DNA of 63,913 nucleotides, filler included, from Octopus bimaculoides (taxonomy: Eukaryota), in assembly GCF_001194135.2 (NCBI RefSeq). It is 7 parts of 7 records of this genome, joined end to end, with 100 filler letters (N's around TTAATTAATTAA, not from the genome) between each part and the next. Parts side by side here need not be neighbours in the genome. Positions count along the whole stretch, not along the records: positions 37,637 to 58,439 come from NC_068991.1; 6 more parts are not named here. One strand, given 5' to 3'. Both the position numbers and the translations under genes were made by a program. Below are positions 39,867-51,700 of this stretch, piece by piece. Within the stretch, counting starts at the first letter, position 1. Every line of letters starts with the position of its first letter. The notes under the pieces were generated by a model. The model was not told where the DNA came from. It made no database searches and saw only the letters and a list, made by a program, of their open reading frames with translations.

Positions 39867-40303
39867 NNNNNNNNNNNNNNNNNNNNNNNNNNNNNNNNNN
39901 NNNNNNNNNNNNNNNNNNNNNNNNNNNNNNNNNNNNNNNNNNNNNNNNNNNNNNNNNNNNNNNNNNNNNNNNNNNNNNNNNNNNNNNNNNNNNNNNNNNN
40001 NNNNNNNNNNNNNNNNNNNNNNNNNNNNNNNNNNNNNNNNNNNNNNNNNNNNNNNNNNNNNNNNNNNNNNNNNNNNNNNNNNNNNNNNNNNNNNNNNNNN
40101 NNNNNNNNNNNNNNNNNNNNNNNNNNNNNNNNNNNNNNNNNNNNNNNNNNNNNNNNNNNNNNNNNNNNNNNNNNNNNNNNNNNNNNNNNNNNNNNNNNNN
40201 NNNNNNNNNNNNNNNNNNNNNNNNNNNNNNNNNNNNNNNNNNNNNNNNNNNNNNNNNNNNNNNNNNNNNNNNNNNNNNNNNNNNNNNNNNNNNNATATAT
40301 ATA

Positions 40304-41574
40304 CAGCGTGCGTAAGGTATTTGAGGACATACGTTAATTGTACTATAACAATATATTTATCAATCTAATATTTTATATATTTCAGAATTATCAATGGCAG
40401 ACCCTATAATTACACAAGAAATGAAGATGCATGCAGTCATCGTGGTTATAAAGGCTGAACATAGCAATTTAGAAATAGCACGATTTTTAAAAGTCGCAAG
40501 ATCCTTCGTCTACAAAGTTCGCAAGGAGTTAGAGGCTAAAGATGGAAATGTATCGCTAGTATCAAAACATAAGAAACATTGTAGAAGCACTGGTAGACTT
40601 AGAGCACCAGAATTTATTCAACAAGTAAAGCAGACCATTTATGACAATCCCAAAAGATCCATGAGCTTGAATTGCAAAAGAACACCAGATGTCAGAATGA
40701 ACAATCTGGAATATTGTCCACAAAGACATCAGATACAAATCTTATGCGATGAGAAAAGGTCATTTCATGTCAGAAACAGTGAAGGAAAATCACTTAATCA
40801 GATATAAATTACTCCTGAAACAACTTAAAAACCCAGCAGATAAAGATGTCATTTGGTTCTTCTGAGGCAAGAACAACTTTGATCAAGATCAGAAAGTAAA
40901 CAGAAGAAATGACAGATGGCTATGTACAGACCCTTCGGAAGTTCCAAGAGTAATGCATACAAAATTTCCTGCAACTATCATGGTTTTGGGGGGGCTTTCG
41001 GCAATGAAGGACATGTGATGCCTCCTCACTTATTTTCACAAGGTCTTTGAGTAAACTCTGCTGCCTACATAGATGTTCTGAATACAGTTGTTAAGCCATG
41101 GATCGATAATGTTCTCAACAGAAGACCTTATGTGTTTCAACAAGACTCGGCGCCATCACACAAGGCTACAACAACACAGGAATGATGGATGGCTGAAAAT
41201 TTTCATGACTACATAACCCACGACATTTGGCCATCTAGCTCCCCAGATCTCAATCCATTGGACGACAATGTATGGAGCGTAGTTGAGAAAGAGATTAATG
41301 AGCACCCTCATCACACCAAAGAATCCCTAAAGGCCTCCATAGTCAGAGTAATGTCCAATATGAACACTGACCACTTGATCTTAGCATGTAGGCGATTTAG
41401 ACCTCGCATAGGAGCCGTTATTGAAACTGAAGAAGATTATATTGAATAAAATGACGAAGCAATAAGTTTATTCTTATCCTCAAAACCTTTTTCAGTAAAA
41501 AGGCATTATTGTCTGTTTCTAAGAGTAATTTTTGTATAAGTATATAACTGTCCTCAAATACTTTACGCACCTTG
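40304..41574 (+). mobile_element. Near full-length DD37D (maT-like) transposon in a CYP intron, transposase disrupted
   Basis: 26-bp TIRs (23/26 match) with TA TSD; motifs FDQDQKVNRRNDRWL, HTKFPATIMV, FQQDSAPSH..WPSSSPDLNPLD; D-to-D spacing 37 plus one in-frame TGA at 41183; frameshifts. Confidence 0.93.
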
Positions 41575-41630
41575 TATATATATGTATGTGTGTGTATATG
41601 CATGAATGTATGTATGTATGTATTTATATG

Positions 41631-41665
<35 letters not shown>

Positions 41666-41723
41666 TGTATTATATTTTTATTTTATACCATATTATATTA
41701 AATTACATATTTTGTAATTGAAG

Positions 41724-41850
41724 GATAAGATCTGGAGCGCCTGAGTTTCAAGAAATAGTTGATGACTTGAGATTTTTCTTCAACAATGTAAATGCATTTA
41801 TACCAGAGAATTTCTTTCCATTCCTGAGATTTGTCCTATGGAATTCTCCC
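41724..41850 (+). CDS. CYP2-like: CYP2-like copy 1: F-helix exon (127 bp)
   Basis: aag acceptor and gttagt donor; IRSGAPEFQEIVDDLRFFFNNVNAFIPENFFPFLRFVLWNSP; phase 2 to 0, compatible with the next exon. Confidence 0.85.
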
Positions 41851-42314
41851 GTTAGTATTAACACTTCATATTGAAATATGAATATTATTTAATCAAGTTT
41901 TGAACCCAGAAAATATAGCTTTGTCAAACTCAAAATTCTATCATAACCTTATTGTGACTGCTCAATGTGTTAGGAGAAAATTGCAAGATAAATATAGTAC
42001 CAGAATTTGCTTTCAATAAAACTGTTTCGTATTTAAACGCCTCCGATGTCGACATTTTTCTCAGTTATGTTGATTTATCTCTACACCTCTCCCCATGCTA
42101 AGTTTATTTCATGATAATTCAACTTTGCCTTATAAAATATCACAAGTTCTACGAAGTAACGGTGCCTAAAATCAAGACAATAATAATGTTTGCCTGTAAA
42201 AAATATCCACACACACACACACACACATAAACACACAGACACACAGACACACATACATATACACACACACACACACACACATAAACACACAGACACACAG
42301 ACACACATACATAT

Positions 42315-42380
<66 letters not shown>

Positions 42381-42757
42381 ATATATATATGTATGTATGT
42401 ATGTATGTATGCATGTATGTATGTATGTATGTATGTATGTAATTCAAAATAGTTTATAACTCCACAAAACAATTTGTTTAGGAAAATATTCTAATTTCAA
42501 AGACAGTTTTGTGTGTAAATAATATTCTGTTTTAGAGATGTGACATAAGAAAATCATGGATACAATTTGCATTAATTAATAATTGATTTGGTTTAGCACA
42601 ACAATTATATTATTTTGATGACTACAAAATGAGGAAATTCGATTCCAGCGTAGAACGTTAATGAATGTAGATGAAAACAAAATACTATAAAACATTTAGT
42701 TGGGCACAAAATACTATAAAACTTTAAATAGAACCGATACTAATTTTTTCACCATAG

Positions 42758-42914
42758 CTAAAACAAATTATCAAGAACAACAACAAGATCCGAAGTTACG
42801 TAAAAGAGAAAATCAGGGAACATAAGGAAACCTACAATGGTGACTACATAAGAGATTTTGTTGACGTCTACTTACTCACACTTGAGAAGGAACCAAACAA
42901 TGAATCTTTATCTG
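42758..42914 (+). CDS. CYP2-like: CYP2-like copy 1: G/H-helix exon (157 bp)
   Basis: ccatag acceptor and gtgagt donor; LKQIIKNNNKIRSYVKEKIREHKETYNGDYIRDFVDVYLL.. (EHxxT..RDFxDxYL motif); phase 0 to 1. Confidence 0.93.
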
Positions 42915-43211
42915 GTGAGTTACACGAACTGTTATGTTTCTCTTGTTTCTTTCAAGATATTACAAATAAGTTTAGAAAGTAAAATGTTATTTCATACAAA
43001 AGAGAGAATATTGCATTAATTATTATAAACAGACGTTATAAGGAACATACAATAAATTATAACTCAATGAACGTATCATGATCATGTTTACTTATAGAAA
43101 GAATAAACATAAACCTTTTTTCTGTTTGCATTATCTACATACACACATACACATTCATTCATTCGTAAATACATATATAATACACACACACACACACACA
43201 CATACATATGC

Positions 43212-43258
<47 letters not shown>

Positions 43259-43259
<1 letters not shown>

Positions 43260-44179
43260 GCGGTCGTATCAAATGGTTCCTGGATTAGTTCTGTAGCGCA
43301 CCAACAGATGGAAGCATACGGTTGCGTGCACCGTGACAGCTAGCAGTGGCCTTCACGAGTCAGTGTGCCGAGTGACATCGCAGTGTTTATTTCGCAGCCT
43401 GTGTTTTTTATGTTTTTGTGATCACGTATATGGTGTCGTCTGCAATGTTGTCATGGGCAGGAAGTTGGAACGAAGAGTCAACGTAAAATTTTGCGTTAAA
43501 CTTGGGACGTCTGCTACAGTAAAATTGAGCATGCTTAGGTAAGCTCACTGCAACAAAGCGTGGGGTTGTACGCACTGTTTTGAGAGACACGGGTGCTTCA
43601 GAATTGTAGGAACGTCTCCGGAAAACGAGGAGAAATCTGGAAGACCTTCCACGAGCGTCACCTCCGGAAATATGGTATTGTACATCGAGAATTCGTTACT
43701 CAAAGCCAGACCACCAATCGAAAATTCTACTGCGACGTTTTGAAGTATTTAAGGGAGGACATTCAGCGAAAAGAGCCGGATCTGTGAAGCAGGAAGAATT
43801 GGATTCATCGCGACGACAATGCACACTGTCACCGAACTCTCCTCCCGCGTGAGTTTCTCACTAAGAACAACGTGGTATAGTTTCCGCACCGGCCCTTTCG
43901 CGAGATTTAGCCCCTTGCAGACTTCCATCTCTTCTCCAAGATGAAAATGCTTCTCAAAGGTCGCCGTCTTAACACTGATGTCGAGATGCAAAGCGAATTG
44001 CAGACGACACAGTAATGAAAAAACGACCGCCAGGGCAGATCCCAAAAGTGACGGGAACGCTGAGACCGGTGCACTGCTGCACAAGGTGACTATGTGGAAG
44101 GAGTTGATGTTAAAACTTAGGTAAATAAGTTATATTTTATGAAATATAACTAGTCCAGAAACCTTTTCATACCACCTCT
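43259..44179 (+). mobile_element. Internally deleted mariner (DD34D) transposon in a CYP intron
   Basis: About 32-bp TIRs (25/32 match) with TA TSD; RRVNVKFCVKLG, GRPSTS joined directly to GIVHREFV, HRDDNAHCH, DLAP; stops present. Confidence 0.88.
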
Positions 44180-44361
44180 TATATACATACACATACATGC
44201 ATACATACATACACACACATACATACATACATACATACATACATACATACATACATACATACATACATACAGATATATATACATACATATACTTTATACT
44301 GTTTCGATTTACTCAGTTATATTAAGTTTTTCAATTCTAATCATGTTTCCTGCTGTTGCAG

Positions 44362-44498
44362 AAGCGAATATTTTCCAGGCGATTATGGATCTTTTTATGG
44401 CTGGAACAGACACAACATCTACCATTCTTAATTGGGCTTTTGTCCATATGGCCAAATATCCTGATATACAGGACAAATGTCGAGCAGAAATCGAGGAG
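44362..44498 (+). CDS. CYP2-like: CYP2-like copy 1: I-helix exon (137 bp)
   Basis: ttgcag acceptor and gtaaaa donor; EANIFQAIMDLFMAGTDTTSTILNW..YPDIQDKCRAEIEE (AGxD/ET oxygen-binding motif); phase 1 to 0. Confidence 0.96.
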
Positions 44499-45198
44499 GT
44501 AAAATATCAGATCCTTTCATTTATATGTCTCGTTTATTTTTATTTTCATCAAAATTATTTTAATCTGTCCTATAATGTTGCATAGTAAGTATCTTTACAC
44601 TTATGTTGTTTTGTGACTGAGTAGTGGTTCGAGAGTAGTACTGTACTACTGGTTCTGAACTTTAATCCTAGCAAAGATCATCAAAAAAGATTAATACCAA
44701 CTCCATCTTCTGCGGAGTTCCTGACGTAGAACCAGCGGAAATATACCCCAAGTGCGGATAACACCAGGTATCCCAAACAGTGCTAATGATTTACTCAACG
44801 CTACAACACACTAATCGACATATGCCCATTAGTCCAAAATAATATATATATATATATATANNNNNNNNNNNNNNNNNNNNNNNNNNNNNNNNNNNNNNNN
44901 NNNNNNNNNNNNNNNNNNNNNNNATATATAGGATAAAATCTTTATAAGAATTTATCAAGTAGTTAGCGTGAAAAAACCTCAATTGGGAAAAATTTATTAA
45001 TTATTCCCTATAAATATATTTATTTATATTAAGAGCATTACTATACATAGATGCCTCACGCTAGGAGGGATTCTTAAAGTCAAAACTACCATAATAAACA
45101 CATTTTACAGAACGCGATTAGCATAATCATGTTCGTATATACGCGAACGTATTAAGAATGACTACATTACACACACGTGCGCACGCGCGCACACACAT

Positions 45199-45237
<39 letters not shown>

Positions 45238-45281
45238 ATATATATATATACAGTATTAATGAATATAGATACTAATTTCAG

Positions 45282-45378
45282 ATCACTGATCTAAATAGAC
45301 CTGTCACTATGAAAGACAAACGACACCTGACATACGTTGCAGCGACTCTACTTGAAGTCCAGAGAGTTGCTCCTGTTG
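45282..45378 (+). CDS. CYP2-like: CYP2-like copy 1: J/K-helix exon (97 bp)
   Basis: tttcag acceptor and gtaagt donor; ITDLNRPVTMKDKRHLTYVAATLLEVQRVAPV (ExxR motif); phase 0 to 1. Confidence 0.96.
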
Positions 45379-45860
45379 GTAAGTAAGCAGTGACCTAACT
45401 TTTATTACTAAAAAGAACTTATTCCTCACGCCATACTTTGTATTTTTTGTCACAAGATTTGTCCAATAACGAAATAATTTCAGCACAAAGGGGAGAACAA
45501 AATGAATCATCACGCATATGATATGGATATCAAATTACTAGATCCTTTGTCAAATGAGGGTCAAAGAATGGAAGTCTATTAGAAAGAATTAAGAACTTAC
45601 AATATATTAGCAGTTTTACTTATACAATTTCATATCTGCTGAAATCTATATTGTTACATTACGATGTTACATGAATTCAATATTATATTAGGTCAGCTTC
45701 CCAATATGAAACCCAATTTTACAGCAACATAAACTCATAACCTGGCACTACAATGTTACTTCACCAAACATAATACTTTCTTATGACAATAGTAAAACAG
45801 CCTATATCAAATTATCCTTTATCTCAACATTGTTAACGTTGAAAAAAATTCTTTTAACAG

Positions 45861-46067
45861 CTCCACTCACTGTTCCACATGCCGCTATGGTTGACACAAC
45901 ACTAGGAGGATATGATATTCCAAAAAATACCATTGTTCAATTCATGTTAATGGCTGCTCATTATGATCCGAATTATTGGGATAAACCAGAGGAATTCCGA
46001 CCTGAGAGATGGATTGGAGAAAATAATGAGTTAAAGAAAAATGAGGCTTATATGCCTTTCTCTTTGG
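45861..46067 (+). CDS. CYP2-like: CYP2-like copy 1: beta-sheet/meander exon (207 bp)
   Basis: taacag acceptor and gtaagt donor; APLTVPH..GYDIPKNT..HYDPNYWDKPEEFRPERW..YMPFSL(G). Confidence 0.97.
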
Positions 46068-46695
46068 GTAAGTATAATTAAAATCGATTTTAATTATAGA
46101 ACAGGCCTATTCCAGCTGCGACCGTCTCGACCATGAGAGAAGACAAAACATTATCTTTTTATTGATGGTGTCTTCTTTTTTATAATTGCAATGCGTCATT
46201 TGGAGATTGAGGCATCCTGTTTCAGGATCCCACGAGGTCAATTTGCTAGGTAAAAGCTAACACTTTATTTGTAAGCTTACAGCCTCCTGCTTCGAATCGT
46301 TCTTAGGCAGCTGTCACTTCAGGGTAAATAAAATAGCAATAGTCTACTGCTTCTTATTAATTCATTATACTTTCTTACGAAGGATTGGTCTGTTGCTCAC
46401 CTAAACTTAATCATCATTCTATTAGCAACACTTTACCTCTTCATGTTATCTTAATTATTGATAAAAGTTCATTTAAAATTTTTGTCTAGGAAATATTTTA
46501 TATGCTGAAATATAGCCAGAACTATAATATTTAAATTCAATGAAATTTAAATACGATGAAATTTTTTTTTTTTTAGAAGCGTTGAGATGTATCGTAAGAT
46601 ACAGAAATAAATAAATTTATTTCTCAAACGCGTGATAATGCTATAAAATAGCGTGACCAGGATAAATTATCAATATATTGCAGAAAAATATGTTA

Positions 46696-46770
46696 CCGTC
46701 TACCCATGAGAATCGAACTCACATCTCTGTGATTACGCGTCAACTGTTTTACCATTAAACTAAACTGCCC
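46696..46770 (-). pseudogene. tRNA-like sequence (Thr-CGT-like anticodon loop), pseudogene or SINE head, antisense in the last CYP intron
   Basis: GGGCAGTTTAGTTTAATGGTAAAACAGTTGACGCGTAATCACAGAGATGTGAGTTCGATTCTCAT: D-stem GTTT/AAAC and T-arm GTGAG-TTCGATT-CTCAT pair; acceptor stem does not. Confidence 0.5.
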
Positions 46771-46935
46771 AGCAACGAATACTTCTGCAATTTTAGAACT
46801 TATAAATTTAGCTTCATATTTAAATTTATTTTTTATTATAGACAAGTTAATAATATTTTATTAAAATATATACGTTATTATATGTTATCACATGTGATTA
46901 TGCTATTTACTTTATATCGTCTGTTTTATTTGTAG

Positions 46936-47114
46936 GTCCCAGAATATGTGCAGGAGTATCACTAGCCAATATTGAAACTTTCATGGGTTTTTCAAATATC
47001 TTACAAAGATTTCGATTGGAAAGTCCTGACGAAACACCAATGACAATGAAAGGCAAACAATCAGGAATTACTTATGTTCCAGTAAATGATAATGTCCGTG
47101 CAATACCACTGTGA
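46936..47114 (+). CDS. CYP2-like: CYP2-like copy 1: terminal heme-binding exon (179 bp including TGA)
   Basis: ttgtag acceptor; completes FSLGPRICAG (FxxGxRxCxG) and ends ..VRAIPL*. Confidence 0.97.
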
Positions 47115-47359
47115 GATATATTTCAGGGTACCACTTCACAGTACACTATACAGTTGAAGGTATATCACTTTGATATACAAAGGTATCAAATTCCTATAGA
47201 ATACTGTTATATTTTAAATGGTATTTAACGAAATTACATAAATGTCAGTTCATTAGTGGTATTATATTGACCTACATAATATATCTACCTATAAACTTCA
47301 CAAAATTTAGAGGATAGAAATAGACAAGTCGTATGATTGTTGCAATGTTTAATTTAATC

Positions 47360-47365
47360 AATAAA
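47360..47365 (+). promoter_or_regulatory. Candidate polyadenylation signal of CYP copy 1
   Basis: AATAAA about 245 nt after the stop, followed by T-rich sequence. Confidence 0.5.
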
Positions 47366-47449
47366 ACTCCAGTATTATATTATTTTCTTTGAGTCACAAT
47401 TTTCTTTATTAACCTAATTTAGACTTTGATATAAATCGTCGAAATGCAC

Positions 47450-50100
47450 ACCAAAAGGCTGTTTATTCTGTTATTTTTCAGCAACATGAGACTGGTCTGT
47501 GCTGCCTTCAGGATCCTACAGGAAAGAGAATGACATTCCTTATAAGTATTTTGTTTACCAAAATATGTCAACAATAAACCAAAACTATTTTTGTTCCTAG
47601 TTTAGGTAATACAGTTACAGACCTTCATGGGTTTGTGATTGTTTTATCTGCTTTCAAGTTTCAGTAGACTTGGCACAAATTGATTCACTGCATTGCAAAA
47701 TTACCAGGTATTAGAAAACAGGACGGAGCTTCTTAGATGCTTGGTTGTCTGGAGCGAACGTACAATGACAGCGAACATGCTCTGTAAATCATGGCGAGAA
47801 TACTGCAGCACTTATTTGACAGTAAAACCTCAATGATAAAGCGGAAAAGCAGTGGTATTTTCATGTATGCTCTGTCGAACCCTGTCAGTAATAATCAAAT
47901 AAACAAAACATGATGAAACCCATGCTGATTTAAATCGCCATCACTTTGGACAAAATTTATAACTGTTTGAAAATACAGATTCTATAAATTTAGAGATCAG
48001 TTGTCAGGTCTGTGAGTAAGAAAATGTTACAAGAGAGAGATTTCCTTCCGGCTATTATTGAATCGTGTACCCAGCATCCATAAGCATAGTGTTTAAGAGA
48101 GTTGGTGAATAGATATCTTTCCAGCTTGCAACATCATTATCTCAACACACCAGCGTCTGTGTTGTGAGCTGCACATCAGCAACTGGTCGCTATGACAGGC
48201 ACTACCAAAAATTGTCATGACTACAAAACAATTCTTCAATCAAGAAGAATAGTTCACTATCCTGCTGAAAAATGTCTTTACCGCACACTCCAGTTAAAAA
48301 GAAGACTATCAGGTTCCTCAGTAATACTGCTTCTCAGTTTAGTCACGGTTTTGCAATCACACAAGAACACTAAAGACAAAGAATCATATGCCACAGGCAA
48401 TAATGAATATGCTACTCTCAGAGTGTACACCAAAGGAAAGGATGCAAATTTACAAAGAATTCCTAAGCATATCAACAGGTGTGCCCTTTCTATTTTGAGG
48501 ACTTTTGTTTCCAATACAACTAAGTTCTACCTTATCAATCAATAATTTGGAGGGCAAACATTAAAGGTACTGGACATCGTCTTGATGAACAATGTCCTCA
48601 TTTAGCTGTAGTTTAAATAAGTTGTAATCCCCTGCAATCTCTTTATTTATACCTCTGCTGGTAAAATTCAAAGCGTGTAACTTGTGGTATTGTAATGCCA
48701 TTGTTTAGGATTCTCAAAGCTATAAATGAGCACAGATCATATAGGCTGAAACACATCACAATTCTTAAAATGATTTTTTTATTGCTACCTGTAATGCTCC
48801 TGATAAGATTATGGTTTATTCCAGGTAATCTCTCCAGATTTGGAACTTTTTTCCTGGAGAGAGATAGAGAGATTGGTATACAGAGACAAGTATTAAGTCT
48901 GAATATAAAATTCATTCTATAAATTTGAACAATCTAAAATCTTACTACAAAACATAAATAAACAGCACTCAGTCTCTAGAGAATTGAGAAGTTCCCACCT
49001 CATGACATCGATTACCGCCTCCAGTTTATTTAGGTTTCCACAAAACGTCTGCTATTTTGAACTTCACGATTTTCATTCACTATTTCCTCACCAGCCAAAA
49101 CCTTTCTTCAATACGTTTTCTCCTTTCTCATAAGTGACACTAAATTATTTTCTTTCAGAAGACTGTGAAGTTTATGCAATCGAGTGGTGAAAGTCTCTTC
49201 ATGAGCGATATTTGCTTCCCGCTTGCCTTTTGTTTTCGCCCTATCTCTCCTTGTTGCCTCGATGGTTCCCTACAATCTTCAATCTCCACCTTCCTCCATC
49301 ATTGCGAGACTGATGGGGTGGAACGGCTGGGCGTTCATTGTGGCCTGGTTTGTGTCCAAGAAGGACATCTAATCACTCCTGTGGTGTTCTTTGCGTAGAG
49401 GATCAGATAATTAGTTTCTGTCCTCTCTGGCCAGCTTGGAAACTGCGACCGGTAGTAACAGGGAAAGATTAGTAGCAGCATTAACAATAGCCGTGATTGT
49501 CGTATCAGTGCTCAGATGTTGATCTTTTAACCTGTAACATATATTTCTGCGCCACAATTTATTTTGCTCTTAATCTTTCAGGCATAAAGCCTTCACAATA
49601 CCTTTGCTACCACACATGTGACAACTGGAACATCTAATATGCACAACTAGTGTGACGGACCTATCTTCGGAAACTTCAATGGGATAAAAGTTCGGGATTG
49701 TCTTTGAGTTACTAGGAGTTATCAGGACCTGTATATGTAGTCAGGTAGGTTATGCGTAACCCACTCAAATCCACCCACGCTTGACATTTGGCCACAAGCC
49801 AAGTATCAACGTTATCAACGTATGTGACAATATTTCTAACCGTAATCATTATATTACAGAAATCCATGCGTTGTGGGAAGGGCCTGTCGCTTCCCAGCTC
49901 AACTTGTCTCCTAGCCTGATTATCTTTCTTAAATGCCAGATACAGGCTTTCATAAAATTCACCCCACTTCATGGAGTACATATCCTGCAGGCGTTTGACC
50001 AGGCTCTTTCTAACTCTTCTTTTGAATGTCTATCGAAACCCTCACCTTTGTTTGAAAATCAGTTTCATGACACTCATTCTCAAAGTCTCCTGGATAATTT
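47450..50100 (-). mobile_element. Highly degenerate L1/Tx1-like LINE (ORF1 knuckle and RT traces)
   Basis: ITVRNIV..TWLVA; CHMCGSKGIVKALC (CX2CX4HX4C with H to I) near 49610; KVPNLERLP resembles KSPGLDGLP; many stops; boundaries approximate. Confidence 0.5.
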
Positions 50101-50848
50101 GGGGGAGTAAAAGAAGCCGCCTATTTTGTCATACCTAGTCCTGTTATTTTTCCTTGATTTAACTTAAATGAAGTCGGTCATTTTAAGAAAAAGATGGAGT
50201 TTTGTTGTTTGTTGGTTTTGTCGTTCTTTATACATTTTCTCCCATTCATTTGTTTCTAACAAGAATCGTTTTTGTTTTTGTATGTGACTTCCATTGTGTA
50301 GTTTCGTATAAACTTGAGGCTATGACTTCCTTGTTAATTTTTCCGTTATCTTTTTTTCTGATTTTTTCGTTTGAAGCTAACTTTTGGGCGTGTCTTCACG
50401 TTCATCTAGCTGCTGTGTCCGTTATTGAGATGATCAACTCCACTTGTTACTTCCGAGGCCATTTTGAACTACAAATAACAATGAAAGTGCATATTTGTCA
50501 CATATATAAATACAAGTAATGTATAACGAAACACGTCTTTTACACGAGGTCAGATGGTAACTGACAATCTCGCTTGTTCTATCCAAGGAAAGATAAAACC
50601 TGCGGAGTAACTACATTATTTACACAACGAGTCTAACAGCGTATGCTTATTCTTAAAAAACTGTCTTACAATTGAAATTACAAAACTACTGTGTTGTGAT
50701 TCTGAATTAACTAACAATATTATAAGTACACATTGAAGGAAACGTCTACTGCGTAACTGAACTGTTATGTATGGAAGAGAAGCATTCTCAAAAACACCAT
50801 CTTAAAAATGGCGCAAACACTGACCAGTGAAGAACAAAGTAAACAAAT

Positions 50849-51110
50849 TCAAGATATAAGTTTATTGCAGGTGTTAGAACATGTGCTACCAAGAAAATTC
50901 TATCTTCATTGATTAATGAAGCTTTAAATGTGGTTTGGTCGTACTTTATGAGATACTACGAACGAATCTTTAGCAATTCTGGAATGAGCCTTTCTTGGAG
51001 TATAAGGTCGAGTAAAGAATTTTTTAAGAAACTGTAAAGACTCAAAGAAATCAGGACCATGCATTCATATGATTTTTCTGCACTGTATATTAATCGTGAT
51101 TTGAAAAAGT
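50849..51110 (+). mobile_element. Penelope-like RT fragment (Naiad-like)
   Basis: RYKFIAGVRTCATKKILS..YYERIFSNSGMSLSWSIRSSKEFF..MHSYDFSALY resembles RFIAGSxKCSTKxLS..YxxSGxNxxWxxKNSKE..TxDFSTLY; one stop. Confidence 0.7.
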
Positions 51111-51150
51111 GGAAGAGGGTATATTTAGCATATTGTATCTAACAAAGTTT

Positions 51151-51700
51151 ATTCTTTTATTTGTTTCAATAATATGACTGCGACCATGCTGGAGCACCGC
51201 CTTTAGTCGGAGAAATGGATCCCAGGACTTATTCTTTGTGAGCCTTGTACTTATCCTATCGGTCTCTTTTGCCGAACCGCTAAGTTGTCGGTTGTCAAGC
51301 GANNNNNNNNNNNNNNNNNNNNNNNNNNNNNNNNNNNNNNNNNNNNNNNNNNNNNNNNNNNNNNNNNNNNNNNNNNNNNNNNNNNNNNNNNNNNNNNNNN
51401 NNNNNNNNNNNNNNNNNNNNNNNNNNNNNNNNNNNNNNNNNNNNNNNNNNNNNNNNNNNNNNNNNNNNNNNNNNNNNNNNNNNNNNNNNNNNNNNNNNNN
51501 NNNNNNNNNNNNNNNNNNNNNNNNNNNNNNNNNNTATATATATATATATGTATATATATATACGACGGGCTTCGTTCGGTTTCTGTTTACCATATCCATT
51601 CACACAGTAGACACTGGCCCAAGGTGCCACGCAGTGGGACTGAACCCGGAACCATGTGTTTGGTAAGTAAGCTACTTATCATACAGCCATGTCTGCGCCT
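51151..51700 (-). mobile_element. SINE family A copy with an N gap in its internal microsatellite
   Basis: Tail GACTGCGACCATGCTGGAGCACCGCCTTTAGTC; head ..ATACAGCCATGTCTGCGCCT. Confidence 0.85.

Noticed and set aside
44755-44795. Short 5S rRNA-like similarity
   Set aside because: Too short and too divergent (about 20 nt) to distinguish from chance.
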